Of a stretch of 24,000 bases of DNA, positions 8,483 through 17,851 are shown piece by piece. Every line of letters starts with the position of its first letter. The stretch's first letter is position 1. The DNA comes from Candidatus Bathyarchaeota archaeon (lineage in GTDB: Archaea > Thermoproteota > Bathyarchaeia > Bathyarchaeales > UBA233): positions 1,881 through 25,880 of the forward strand of contig QMXC01000001.1 of the NCBI GenBank assembly GCA_003661945.1, read 5' to 3'. The notes beneath the pieces are model-generated. The model made no database searches and was not told where the DNA came from. It saw only the letters and a list, made by a program, of their open reading frames with translations. Made by a program: the position numbers and the translations under genes.

Positions 8483-8518
8483 GTTTAGTAATCAACTCTA
8501 GAGACAAGAGGGATAACA

Positions 8519-10579
8519 ATGGAAGCCTCTGTATGGTTAATTGCACCGATTTCGGCTTTACTATCAATATTGGTTGGCGCGTATCTCTACTATTACGTTA
8601 ACAAGCAGAGCAGCGGAACGAAAAGAATGCAAGAGATTTCCACGGCGATAAGAGAGGGAGCGAACGCTTTTCTAAGACGCGAATACACGATTCTGGCGAT
8701 TTTCGTTCTCGTAGTGGCTACGCTGATAGGGATATTTCTTCCATCACCGGTATGGCTAAGTGAAAACCCCTTGAGAAATCTAAGTCTATCTCTGGCTTAT
8801 CTTTTCGGAGCCTTCTGTTCAGCCCTAGCTGGATTTTTCGGCATGGACGTTGCAACACGAGCCAACGCGAAAGCAGCAAACGCTGCGAGAGAAGGGTTAA
8901 ACAGGGCTTTTCCAATCGGGTTTCGAGGCGGGGCGGTCATGGGCTTGTCCGTCGTAGGCTTTTCTCTTCTCGGAATAAGCATAGTCTACGGCATCACAGG
9001 AGACCCAGAAATAGTTCTAGGGTTCAGCTTCGGCGCAAGCGCCCTCGCGCTTTTCGCTAAGGCAGGAGGAGGCATATATACGAAAACGGCGGACATAAGC
9101 GCCGACCTCGTTGGCAAGGTCGAACTGGGCATACCGGAAGACGACCCTCGGAACCCAGCGGTCATAGCTGACAACGTAGGCGACAACGTAGGCGACGTCG
9201 CCGGAATGGGCGCCGACCTAGCGGACTCCTACATCGCAAGCATAGTAGCCGTCATGATACTCGGACAAGCGCTGGGACGCGTGGAAATTCCACTAGTCTT
9301 TGCGGGACTCGGCATAATAGCCTCATTAATCGGCGTGGCAACAGTCAGAGTTGGAAAGAAAGGAAACCCGGGAAAAGCACTTAACAGGGGAACCTACATC
9401 ACGTGTATACTTCTAGCGGTCTTCACGTATTTGGCGTCGATCTATCTAGACATAGACATTAGAATATGGGGCGCCATGCTCGTTGGACTCGCAGCCGGAA
9501 TAATAATAGGCATAACCTCTGACTATTTCACATCAATAGACCGTGCACCAGCAAAAAAGACGGCGGAAGTCTCTAAGAGCGGCGCAGCCTTAAACATAAT
9601 AACAGGGTTCTCCTACGGGCTGTACAGCGTTTTTCCACCATTAGTGGGAATAGGAATAGCATCCGCCATAGCGTATTTTCTATGTAACTCTATAGGCGAA
9701 GGCTACGCCGTTTTCGGGGTAGGAATGGCAGCCATGGGAATGCTGTCCATCGTAGGAATGATAGTTGCAGGCGACGCCTATGGCCCTATAGTGGACAACG
9801 CGAAAGGCATAGCCGAGCAAGCTGGACTGGGAGAAGAAGTGATAGCGGTAACAGACAAGCTTGACGCTGCAGGCAACACGGCGAAAGCCATAACCAAAGG
9901 CTTCGCAATAGGCGCCGCCGGATTAACAGTGCTAGCACTACTCGCAGCGTACCGGGAAATAGCTCAAAAAGTCCTAGGCAAAACCATAGGCTTCAATCTC
10001 ATGGACCCGCTTGTGTTGTTAGGCGCTTTTATAGGCATAGCTATACCCCCAGTGTTTTCAGCCATGGTAATGCTAGGGGTTGGCAAAAACGCTAACCGCA
10101 TGATCGAAGAAATCCGTAGACAATTCAGAGAAATTCCGGGCTTAAAAGAAGGAAAGGAAGGGGTGAAACCCGACTATGCACGGTGCGTTGACATAGCAAC
10201 TATTGGAGCCTTAAAGGAGCTTCTGCCAGCGAGCACCCTCGCAATAGTTGTAACCTTGTTAGTCGGCTTCATCGGAGGCATAGAAGCCTTAGGCGGATAC
10301 CTAGCAGGCAGCATCTTCTCCGGACTGCTATTCGCGTTGCTGATGGCTAACGCTGGAGGACTTTGGGACAACGCGAAAAAATACATCGAAGCTGGAGCTT
10401 TAGGCGGCGAAGGCTCCGAAGCGCATAAGGCAGCGGTCATAGGCGACACGGTTGGCGACCCCTTCAAAGACACGGCTGGACCTTCACTGAACACGTTAAT
10501 CACCGTGATGTCGCTGGTAGCGTCGCTGTTCGCTGTCCTAATAGCACAGTACAACCTTCTAAGCTTGCTAGGACTCTAA
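8519..10579 (+). CDS. hppA: membrane-bound proton-translocating pyrophosphatase, K+-independent type
   Basis: 686 aa and polytopic. Motifs present are DNVGDNVGDVAGMGADL, GNTAKAITKGFAIG and GDTVGDPFKDT. A TATA-like tttataaaa lies at 8474-8482 and a GAGG at 8508-8511. Confidence 0.93.
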   Translation: MEASVWLIAPISALLSILVGAYLYYYVNKQSSGTKRMQEISTAIREGANAFLRREYTILAIFVLVVATLIGIFLPSPVWLSENPLRNLSLSLAYLFGAFCSALAGFFGMDVATRANAKAANAAREGLNRAFPIGFRGGAVMGLSVVGFSLLGISIVYGITGDPEIVLGFSFGASALALFAKAGGGIYTKTADISADLVGKVELGIPEDDPRNPAVIADNVGDNVGDVAGMGADLADSYIASIVAVMILGQALGRVEIPLVFAGLGIIASLIGVATVRVGKKGNPGKALNRGTYITCILLAVFTYLASIYLDIDIRIWGAMLVGLAAGIIIGITSDYFTSIDRAPAKKTAEVSKSGAALNIITGFSYGLYSVFPPLVGIGIASAIAYFLCNSIGEGYAVFGVGMAAMGMLSIVGMIVAGDAYGPIVDNAKGIAEQAGLGEEVIAVTDKLDAAGNTAKAITKGFAIGAAGLTVLALLAAYREIAQKVLGKTIGFNLMDPLVLLGAFIGIAIPPVFSAMVMLGVGKNANRMIEEIRRQFREIPGLKEGKEGVKPDYARCVDIATIGALKELLPASTLAIVVTLLVGFIGGIEALGGYLAGSIFSGLLFALLMANAGGLWDNAKKYIEAGALGGEGSEAHKAAVIGDTVGDPFKDTAGPSLNTLITVMSLVASLFAVLIAQYNLLSLLGL

Positions 10580-10597
10580 TCTCCTCTTCCACCCGTT

Positions 10598-12493
10598 TTA
10601 GGGTTTTTCCAGCTTTCTTTTGAGAATTTGGCTCACAGTCTCGGCTTTGGCTTTGCCTCTCACTTGACGCATTATCATGCCCATTAGCGGCGCAAAGGCT
10701 CTAGAACCCCGTTGTTTAATGAGTTCAGCGTTTTCCGATACGACTGTGTCGATTATTTTTTCAAGCTCCTCTTGTGTGAGCATTTTTAGCCCGAGCTTTT
10801 CTATTGCCTCCTTCACCGTGGCGTCCTTGTTCTTGGAAAGCCACGTAGCCACTTCTTCCAAGGCTTCCTTTGCCAGTTCGCCGTTTCCAACCATACAGAA
10901 AATTTCGATTAGTTTATCGTTGGAGAGGTTTTCCGTTGGGACCCCTTCACGCTTTAGAGCTTTCAGCGTTTCGGTTAGGAAAGCCGCTATCATCGTCGGC
11001 GAAGCCTTTGTTTTTTCTGCTATTTCTTCGAATAGTTCAAAGTATTCCGAATCTAGGACTTGCCTCGCAAGTTTCTCGTTTAGGCGGTATTCCTTCATTA
11101 GGCGGCGGAGTTTTTGTTCAGGAAGTTCAGGTAAACGTTTGAGGAGAGCCTCGACGTATTCGCGGGTTATCTTTATCGGAGGGATATCCGTTTCCGGATA
11201 CATGCGTGCGGCGCCGGGTCTCGGACGCATGTAACGTGTAGTGCCGTCAGGTCTGGCTGCCCGAGTTTCTTCCGGAACACCTTTCAAGGCTTGGCGGGCG
11301 CGTTCCACGACGGCTTTTAAGGCGTCTTCACCGTTTTCCATGGTGTCCGCCACGAAGACCACGGCGTCTTCTTCTTCGGCTTTCACGGCTTTCCGCAAGT
11401 TTTCCACTTCTTCGGAGGTTATTCCATAAGCTGGAAGCTCGTCTGTGTGGAAGATTCCGCCTACACGTCCCCAGAAACGAGCGTGGTCAGCCATTTCTGT
11501 TCCTAGGCGTAGATTAGGCGCGAGTTCCCGTTTCAGCAGCCCAGCGAACTTTGGTAAACGAACCGCTAATACACGCATGTTTCGGCTTAATGCTCGGCTT
11601 ATAACCTTGCATCGAGTTTGCTGAAAAACAGCGGTTACATCAACAAATTCTTCGCTGAGCCCTTTCTCGTCCAGTCCACGTTTTTTGAGCTCCTTTTGGA
11701 TTTCTAGTAGGCGCAGTTGGCGTTGAACCTCATATTCCACTACCAGCGGGAGAAGCTCGAGCTCTTGAACACCTTTTATTTCTATGAGTGCGCCTTCACT
11801 TATTGATATGTTGAGGTCTTGCCTTATGGTGCCTATCCCCCTTCTCACTTTACGCGTTGCTCGAAGGATTCTTCCGATGGCTAAAGCCACCTGCTTAGCT
11901 TCTTTCGGCGAGTAGATTACTGGGGCAGTAGCGATTTCTATAAGCGGGATTCCAAGCCTGTCAATTCGGTAACGCACGGTTTTGTCTTCCTGCCCGGTTT
12001 TTCTCGCAGCGTCTTCTTCGAGGCTCACGTGTTCTATGGGAATCTTTTTCCCGTTGACTGTTATTTCCCCGCCTAGGGCGATTAGACATGTTCTTTGGAA
12101 GCCCGTGGTGTTGGAGCCGTCTATAACCGTTTTACGCATTACGTGAATCTCGTCGACGGGCGTGGCGTTTATCATCAATGCCACGGTAAGCGTGGTTTCC
12201 ACAGCTTCCATGTTCAGCGGATGCGGCGGCTCCTCATCCATTTCCACGAGGCAAGCCGTGTTAGTGTCCGCTTCATACAAGATTTTGACGCCTTTCTGGA
12301 ATTCGAAAAAGGCTGCAGGGTCAATTTGTCCCAGCTCGCTCTGCGTGGGACGTAGCCTTCTGAGAAAGGTTATTTCAGGTTCTTCTTTGAAGAGCGCTGG
12401 CTCGCAGTTGCAGAAGAGCTTTGTTGAAGTATCGAGTTGCTGGTGGATTTCAAGCCCAACCTTTAAGCCGAGCCTAGAATAGTCCACAGGCAT
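10598..12493 (-). CDS. gatE: Glu-tRNA(Gln) amidotransferase subunit E
   Basis: Motifs LGLKVGLEIHQQLDT and a C-terminal GatB/YqeY-like tail are present. The ORF track starts at GTG 12502. I prefer ATG 12493, which lies 1 nt after the gatD stop (TAA 12497..12495) and has a GGTGA SD (12503..12499) 5 nt upstream. It gives MPVDYSRLGLK, a typical GatE N-terminus. Confidence 0.92.
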   Translation of the reverse strand: MPVDYSRLGLKVGLEIHQQLDTSTKLFCNCEPALFKEEPEITFLRRLRPTQSELGQIDPAAFFEFQKGVKILYEADTNTACLVEMDEEPPHPLNMEAVETTLTVALMINATPVDEIHVMRKTVIDGSNTTGFQRTCLIALGGEITVNGKKIPIEHVSLEEDAARKTGQEDKTVRYRIDRLGIPLIEIATAPVIYSPKEAKQVALAIGRILRATRKVRRGIGTIRQDLNISISEGALIEIKGVQELELLPLVVEYEVQRQLRLLEIQKELKKRGLDEKGLSEEFVDVTAVFQQTRCKVISRALSRNMRVLAVRLPKFAGLLKRELAPNLRLGTEMADHARFWGRVGGIFHTDELPAYGITSEEVENLRKAVKAEEEDAVVFVADTMENGEDALKAVVERARQALKGVPEETRAARPDGTTRYMRPRPGAARMYPETDIPPIKITREYVEALLKRLPELPEQKLRRLMKEYRLNEKLARQVLDSEYFELFEEIAEKTKASPTMIAAFLTETLKALKREGVPTENLSNDKLIEIFCMVGNGELAKEALEEVATWLSKNKDATVKEAIEKLGLKMLTQEELEKIIDTVVSENAELIKQRGSRAFAPLMGMIMRQVRGKAKAETVSQILKRKLEKP

Positions 12494-12494
12494 T

Positions 12495-13853
12495 TTATTC
12501 ACCTATTTTCTCCGGAAGCGTTCGAGGCGAAAACTCGTCGGCGAAGTTTGTTGTCAACAAGGACTTTGCTTCTTCCACTTCGCCGGTTTGCCCAAGCACC
12601 CACATGAGCTTGACCAAAGCTGTTTCCGGAAGCATATCTTCGAGCGGAATAACGCCTAGGGCGAGGAGGTCTCTGCCTTGATTGTAAACGTTCATGTTTA
12701 CCCTGCCCCATATGCACTGCGAAGTCATAGCAACGATTACACCTTCCCTTACGGCGCGTTTCAAAGCTTCAAAACAGTAGTTGCCCACGTGTCCCAAGCC
12801 TGTTCCTTCCAAAACTATGCCCTTAAACCCGGAATCCACATACCAGTCCAAAACAGCAGGGTTCATCCCGGGATAAAACTTCACAAGGGCGACTTTTTCC
12901 TCAAATTTCGGCTTCAAAACAAGCTCCCTTTTAGGGTCGCGTTCTTTGAACTCCCTTGTCAGCATGGTTATTGCACCGGTTTCAAGGTCGAGCTTCGCCA
13001 ACGGTTTAGCGTTAACCGATTTGAAAGTGTCGCGTCTGCTGGTGTGACACTTTCGAACCTTCGTTCCCTTGTGTAATAGTATGGTTTTATCCGAAAAGTC
13101 CGCGTGCATCGCAACTGCCACTTGGGCGAACGGGGCATACGCAGCGGCTTTCACAGCGCCTATAAGGTTTGTTGCAGCGTCGGAGCTTGGGCGGTCAGCG
13201 GAACGCTGCGAGCCTACAAGAACTACGGGAACAGGCAGGTTTTGAAGCGCGAAGCTTAGGGCTGCAGCTGTGTAGCCCATGGTGTCGGTTCCATGAGCGA
13301 TTACGACTCCTTCAACGCCTTCCCGTATGTGCGAGGCTGTTTCTTCAGCTATCTGCCTCCAGTGTTTCGGAGTTATGTTTTCGCTGAAAAGGCTGAACAG
13401 GATTTTAGCTTCTATCTGGGCTATTTCTGCAAGTTCGGGAACGACGCTGTAGAGGTCGTTTGCGGTTAACGCTGGTCGAACAGCTCCTGTTCGGTAGTCC
13501 ACTCGGCTGGCGATGGTGCCGCCTGTGCTTATCACCACGACTTTCGGCAAGTCGCCACGTTTTTCCGGCGGCGGAGGGGGAGAAAAAGCCGGTTTTGCTC
13601 CTTCACCTATCTTTTCGATTCTTGTGGAAGGGGTTATGCGTATTCCAACGTTGTAGCCGTTCTTTAGTTTCAAAACGACGTGTTTGTCGTCGCCGTATTC
13701 GGAACGGGGAATAAGGATTCCTTCAAACCTCGTTCCGTCTTTTGTTATGCGGATTAGGTCTCCGATTTCGGCGTTTATTCTTTTTAACGCCTCTAACGCT
13801 TCGCCCTTATAGCCGGGTAGCCCGGTTTTTTCATTCAACTTTTGCATCTCCAA
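12495..13853 (-). CDS. gatD: Glu-tRNA(Gln) amidotransferase subunit D (asparaginase-like)
   Basis: 452 aa. It has the asparaginase-type motifs VISTGGTIAS and AHGTDTM and lies immediately upstream of gatE. Confidence 0.92.
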   Translation of the reverse strand: MEMQKLNEKTGLPGYKGEALEALKRINAEIGDLIRITKDGTRFEGILIPRSEYGDDKHVVLKLKNGYNVGIRITPSTRIEKIGEGAKPAFSPPPPPEKRGDLPKVVVISTGGTIASRVDYRTGAVRPALTANDLYSVVPELAEIAQIEAKILFSLFSENITPKHWRQIAEETASHIREGVEGVVIAHGTDTMGYTAAALSFALQNLPVPVVLVGSQRSADRPSSDAATNLIGAVKAAAYAPFAQVAVAMHADFSDKTILLHKGTKVRKCHTSRRDTFKSVNAKPLAKLDLETGAITMLTREFKERDPKRELVLKPKFEEKVALVKFYPGMNPAVLDWYVDSGFKGIVLEGTGLGHVGNYCFEALKRAVREGVIVAMTSQCIWGRVNMNVYNQGRDLLALGVIPLEDMLPETALVKLMWVLGQTGEVEEAKSLLTTNFADEFSPRTLPEKIGE

Positions 13854-13920
13854 GTTAGCCTAATCGCGGTAAATGTTAAAGCGTAAGGCTTATTAGAAGT
13901 TTCTAAACGTTTGCCCGGAA

Positions 13921-15534
13921 TCAAAGCTTTTTCGACATGTAGGGTCCGTCGTAGTTGTATCCAAATTTTTTGTAATATTCCTTCGTTCCCAACGCGCTTA
14001 TTACGAGAATTTTCCGACGCGAGTATTCCTCGCGGGTTATGCGTTCTGCTTCCGCGAGGAGAATTCCACCGTAGCCTCGATGTTGCCATGCCCCGGCTAG
14101 ATGTTGACCTACGGGGACGAGTTCACCGTACACGTGGAGTTCTCTTACTATGGTGCATGGAAACTTGCTTATCTCGGGTCTATGCGCCTTTTCAGAGGGG
14201 ACACGGAGCCGGAGATATCCGATTAGCACGTCGTTTTCCACATCCTCGGCGGAGATGAAGATTTCTTCGCCTTCTGAAGCTTCTTCTCTGCGAATGAGAA
14301 TCTGGATTTTGTCAGGGTCTGGTTCTACGCCGTCCTTTAGCATGCGGTGACCAACTTCTCGGCAACGTATGCACCGGCATCTTACGCCTTCCACTTCGAG
14401 TCTTTTTTGAACCAGCTGCCGTAGATTGCTACGGTTCACGCCGGCTACTATTAAGTTGGCGGGTATGTCGCGTTGAACCCGCATTATACGAATCCATGGC
14501 GGAACCATTTTTTTGATTTCCACTATTAGGCGAGCAGCTTCCTCATTTGAGTAAGGCACATATTCGCCTTTCCTCCACCATTCATAGGCACGGGTTCCCT
14601 TCAAAACGAGACACGGATAAATTTTTATCATGTCCGGCTTGAAGCATGATTCGCTGAAAACCCTTCGAAAAGCTTCTAGGTCTTTTTCGTAGGTTGAACC
14701 GGGTAGCCCCGGCATTAGGTGGTAGACGATTTTCATTCCGCTGTCCTTAAGTATCCTCGTAGCCTCCACCACGTCTTCGACAGTGTGCGTTCTACCCACG
14801 AGACGGTAAATCTCGTTGTCCGGGTTTTGAACACCCAGCTCAACCCGCGTAACGCCCATGGAAAGCATGTGGTCAACATGGTCCTCCTTCGCCCAATCCG
14901 GACGAGTCTCAACGGTTATTCCAACATTTCGAACATGGCTTGTCTCCGCGGCTTTTTTCGCTTCTTCCAGCGAAGCAGTTTTTTCGCCAGTGATAGCCTC
15001 CAAACATTTACGGATAAACCATTCTTGATATTCCACGGGTGTCGCTGGAAAGGTTCCGCCCATTACTATTAGCTCTATCTTGTCCACAGCATGCCCTATA
15101 GCTTTGAGTTGGCGTATGCGTCTCTGCACCTGCAAGTAAGGGTCGAAGCTTGCTTGAAGCCCCCGCATGGCTGCTGGCTCGAATCCTGTGTAGCTTTGAG
15201 GGACGCCATAGGGCGGACCGCCGGGACAATAGGCGCAGGGCTCCTTCTGTGGACATGGGTAAGGTTTTGTCATTACGGCTATAACGGTGATTCCGGACAA
15301 GGTGCGAACCTTTTTGCGGCGCAGTACGGGGAGAAGTCTGGACCGTTCTTCCTCTTTCAGAAACTGGATGATTTCCGAATTCGACGGAATCTTTTCAAGT
15401 TTATACTTAGCAGATACTCGAAGCTTTAAGGAACCAAGGGTTTTAGGGCTAGGTGAAGGCGAACGAATCAGGCCTTCAATTATTTCTCTGCATGCTTTTT
15501 CCATACGGCTTGAAACAGACGGACGCATTTTCAC
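13921..15534 (-). CDS. elp3: Elp3-type radical SAM / GNAT tRNA uridine(34) modification enzyme
   Basis: 537 aa. It has a Cys triad CPQKEPCAYC, a radical-SAM core and a C-terminal GNAT domain (WQHRGYGGILLAEAERI). The ORF opens with GTG at 15534. An ATG two codons downstream (15528) is an alternative start. Confidence 0.9.
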   Translation of the reverse strand: MKMRPSVSSRMEKACREIIEGLIRSPSPSPKTLGSLKLRVSAKYKLEKIPSNSEIIQFLKEEERSRLLPVLRRKKVRTLSGITVIAVMTKPYPCPQKEPCAYCPGGPPYGVPQSYTGFEPAAMRGLQASFDPYLQVQRRIRQLKAIGHAVDKIELIVMGGTFPATPVEYQEWFIRKCLEAITGEKTASLEEAKKAAETSHVRNVGITVETRPDWAKEDHVDHMLSMGVTRVELGVQNPDNEIYRLVGRTHTVEDVVEATRILKDSGMKIVYHLMPGLPGSTYEKDLEAFRRVFSESCFKPDMIKIYPCLVLKGTRAYEWWRKGEYVPYSNEEAARLIVEIKKMVPPWIRIMRVQRDIPANLIVAGVNRSNLRQLVQKRLEVEGVRCRCIRCREVGHRMLKDGVEPDPDKIQILIRREEASEGEEIFISAEDVENDVLIGYLRLRVPSEKAHRPEISKFPCTIVRELHVYGELVPVGQHLAGAWQHRGYGGILLAEAERITREEYSRRKILVISALGTKEYYKKFGYNYDGPYMSKKL

Positions 15535-15594
15535 GGAAAACTATGTGCAGGAGAGACAAATAAACAATAAGGGAGATAACATGTTCGCGCCTAG

Positions 15595-15897
15595 TTACCA
15601 CAAATATTTCTTTCTGAGACTGCGCATCTGCTCCTCTAAACGCTCGGTTTTTCGCATGTAAGTGACCCATAGCACTATGAGGGTTGGCCCAACAATCGCG
15701 GTTACTATTGTTGCTATGACCATGTAGAGGACTTCGCCGCTCACGAGGGCAACCGGGACGAGGGTGCACAACACGGCGAAGAGCAGAGCTAACCCTATGG
15801 TTAGAAGTGTATAATACTCTATCATAGCGCGGTAATGTTTACGGTTCAGCTCCAAAAGCTCTATCTGGAACTCCTTCTCCTCTCTCAGGAACGACAC
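15595..15897 (-). CDS. small membrane protein, two predicted TM helices, unknown function
   Basis: 100-aa ORF with a GTG start. A strong GGAGGT SD (15912..15907) sits 9 nt upstream, and a TATA-like gtatttatttt lies further upstream. It has two hydrophobic stretches (LLTIGLALLFAVLCTLVPVALV and VIATIVTAIVGPTLIVLWV) flanked by charged coiled segments. Confidence 0.6.
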   Translation of the reverse strand: MSFLREEKEFQIELLELNRKHYRAMIEYYTLLTIGLALLFAVLCTLVPVALVSGEVLYMVIATIVTAIVGPTLIVLWVTYMRKTERLEEQMRSLRKKYLW

Positions 15898-15977
15898 GAC
15901 ACCACGACCTCCATTTCAAAATAAATACATAGAGAAAGGTAATAACTTATCTGGAACTTTCTTCTATTTGAAAAGCT

Positions 15978-17549
15978 TTAAGAGGCTTCGTAGACTGTTC
16001 GCCCCGCAACAATGGTCATTTCAACATTTACGGTGCGAATTTCATCCAGCGGAATACGTGTCAAATCTTTGTCTAAAACGGTTAGGTCTGCCCATTTTCC
16101 CTCTTCGATTGTTCCGCTGACCTCTTCTTCGAAGCTTGCGTAAGCCGCGTTCACCGTGTAAAGCCGTAATGCTTCCTCAACCGTTAGGCTTTCTTCCGGA
16201 AACTTTTTGCGTGCTACCGCTGCCCATATGCCGAGCAGAGGGTTTATAGGCTCAACAGGACAGTCCGAACCGCCAGCGACCACCAAACCGTTGCGGAGAA
16301 AAGTCTTGAACGCGTAAGCCCATCGAGCCCGTTTCCTGCCTAAACGGTCGGTTATCCAGAAGTCTGAAACTGCAAAGTGCGGCTGAACCGAAAGGATTAC
16401 ATCTAAACGTTTCAGCCGTTTGACTAGGCGGTTGTTAACAAGCGAAGCGTGTTCGACGCGGTGTCTATGCCCGTTTCTCGGAGCCTTTCTCAAAGCGTTT
16501 TCGAACGCCTTCAAAACCGTGTTTAACGCCCGGTCGCCTATAGCGTGAACAGCCACTTGAAAACCAGCCTCATGCGCCCTAAAAACAAGGTTGTTCAGCT
16601 TTCTCTGACCATACAGAAGGATGCCACGGGTTTTAGGCTCGTCAGCGTAGGGCTCTTCAAGCGCTGCCGTGCGACCGCCAAGCGAGCCGTCTGCAAGAAT
16701 CTTAATGAAGCCTATTTTAACCATTTCGTTGCCGAAGCCCGTTGTTAAGCCCGAATCGGCTAGACAGTCTAAATATTCCACTGGAACGCCGAAATACACG
16801 CGTAAAGGCAAACGGTTTTCACGGTAAAGCTCGAAAACAGCTCGAATCTCCTTCGGCGAACTCACAATCCAGTGCACACGGGTTAAACCGTTTTCAACAG
16901 CTTTCCGACAAGCCAGATAGCATACTTCCTTCATTTCTTTAAGACCCGGCTTCGGAATTGCTTGCCGAACAAGGTCTATAGCGTTTTCCCGAAGAACTCC
17001 TGTAGGCTCACCAGTCTCAGCGTCCTTATCAATTTCTCCGGCTCTAGACGAAGCCAAAGCCTTAGTTACACCGGCAAGCTCCAAGGCTTTACTGTTCGCA
17101 ACAGCTATGTGTCCACATACGCGTAGCAGAAGAACCGGCTTGTCAGCCACAGCGGAATCTAGGTCCCACCGGGTAGGATAACGCTTTTCAGCGAACTTTT
17201 CCTGGTCCCACCTTCCACCCAGAATCCATTCTCCAAACCGCTTTTTATCCGCGAAGGCTTTCAACAGTTTTTTCAGTTCTTCTATGGAGGTTACGTTTCT
17301 TAGGTCGAGGTCGGCTGAGGACCTTCCGAGAGCTAGCATGTGCGCGTGGCAGTCGGTTAAGCCTGGAACAACAGTTTTGCCTTCTAAATCTATTACACGG
17401 GTTCCAGCGCCTACGTATCGGCGTATTTTTCCGTTTTCACCAACAGCTAATATTTTGTCGTCTCGAACGGCTACGGCTTCTGCTCTCGGCATGGAAGGAT
17501 TTAAGGTTAAAACGTTACCGTTTAACAGAACAAGCGAAGCTTTTCCCAT
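15978..17549 (-). CDS. amidohydrolase-3 family metal-dependent hydrolase (YtcJ-like)
   Basis: 523 aa. It has the N-terminal metal motif LTDCHAHM, an internal HAIGD, and a C-terminal ADLTVLD typical of amidohydrolase TIM-barrel enzymes. The substrate cannot be inferred. Confidence 0.85.
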   Translation of the reverse strand: MGKASLVLLNGNVLTLNPSMPRAEAVAVRDDKILAVGENGKIRRYVGAGTRVIDLEGKTVVPGLTDCHAHMLALGRSSADLDLRNVTSIEELKKLLKAFADKKRFGEWILGGRWDQEKFAEKRYPTRWDLDSAVADKPVLLLRVCGHIAVANSKALELAGVTKALASSRAGEIDKDAETGEPTGVLRENAIDLVRQAIPKPGLKEMKEVCYLACRKAVENGLTRVHWIVSSPKEIRAVFELYRENRLPLRVYFGVPVEYLDCLADSGLTTGFGNEMVKIGFIKILADGSLGGRTAALEEPYADEPKTRGILLYGQRKLNNLVFRAHEAGFQVAVHAIGDRALNTVLKAFENALRKAPRNGHRHRVEHASLVNNRLVKRLKRLDVILSVQPHFAVSDFWITDRLGRKRARWAYAFKTFLRNGLVVAGGSDCPVEPINPLLGIWAAVARKKFPEESLTVEEALRLYTVNAAYASFEEEVSGTIEEGKWADLTVLDKDLTRIPLDEIRTVNVEMTIVAGRTVYEAS

Positions 17550-17851
17550 AGGAGAGCCTATTGTTTGAAGGGAGAAATAAGGCTTAGGTTCGAATCCAGT
17601 TTTGCCCGGGTTTCCGTTGGAGGATTATCCGTTTTTCGTAGTTTCGTCTAGTCCGTATTCTAGGCGGACGGCTTTTCTTGGGATGGGGCTCTATCTTAGG
17701 CGTTTGGGATCTCACTTTCCCGGCTTTTGCCAGCGAACCGTGTGTAGGCATGTGTTTTCACCGAAAACCTTACAATATTGCGAACTCTTTTAAACGTTTC
17801 TCCATAAATATTTAAGTTCAACACCTCAAAAATAAGAGAACGTGCCACAAA

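Noticed and set aside
9171-9194. A perfect 12-nt tandem duplication, gacaacgtaggc x2, inside hppA.
   Set aside because: It encodes the universally conserved DNVGDNVGD motif of membrane pyrophosphatases. It is a feature of the protein family, not a genomic repeat or slippage event.
10677-11234. A 185-aa plus-strand ORF inside gatE.
   Set aside because: It lies antisense to a fully conserved gatE frame, and its product is a Ser/Phe-rich low-complexity sequence.
17587-17597. GGTTCGAATCC, identical to the tRNA T-arm/T-loop consensus, which suggested a tRNA gene or an att-site tRNA fragment.
   Set aside because: The flanking bases do not form a 5-bp T-stem on either strand. No acceptor, D or anticodon arms can be drawn, and a full tRNA would overlap the amidohydrolase start. 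It is most likely a chance match.
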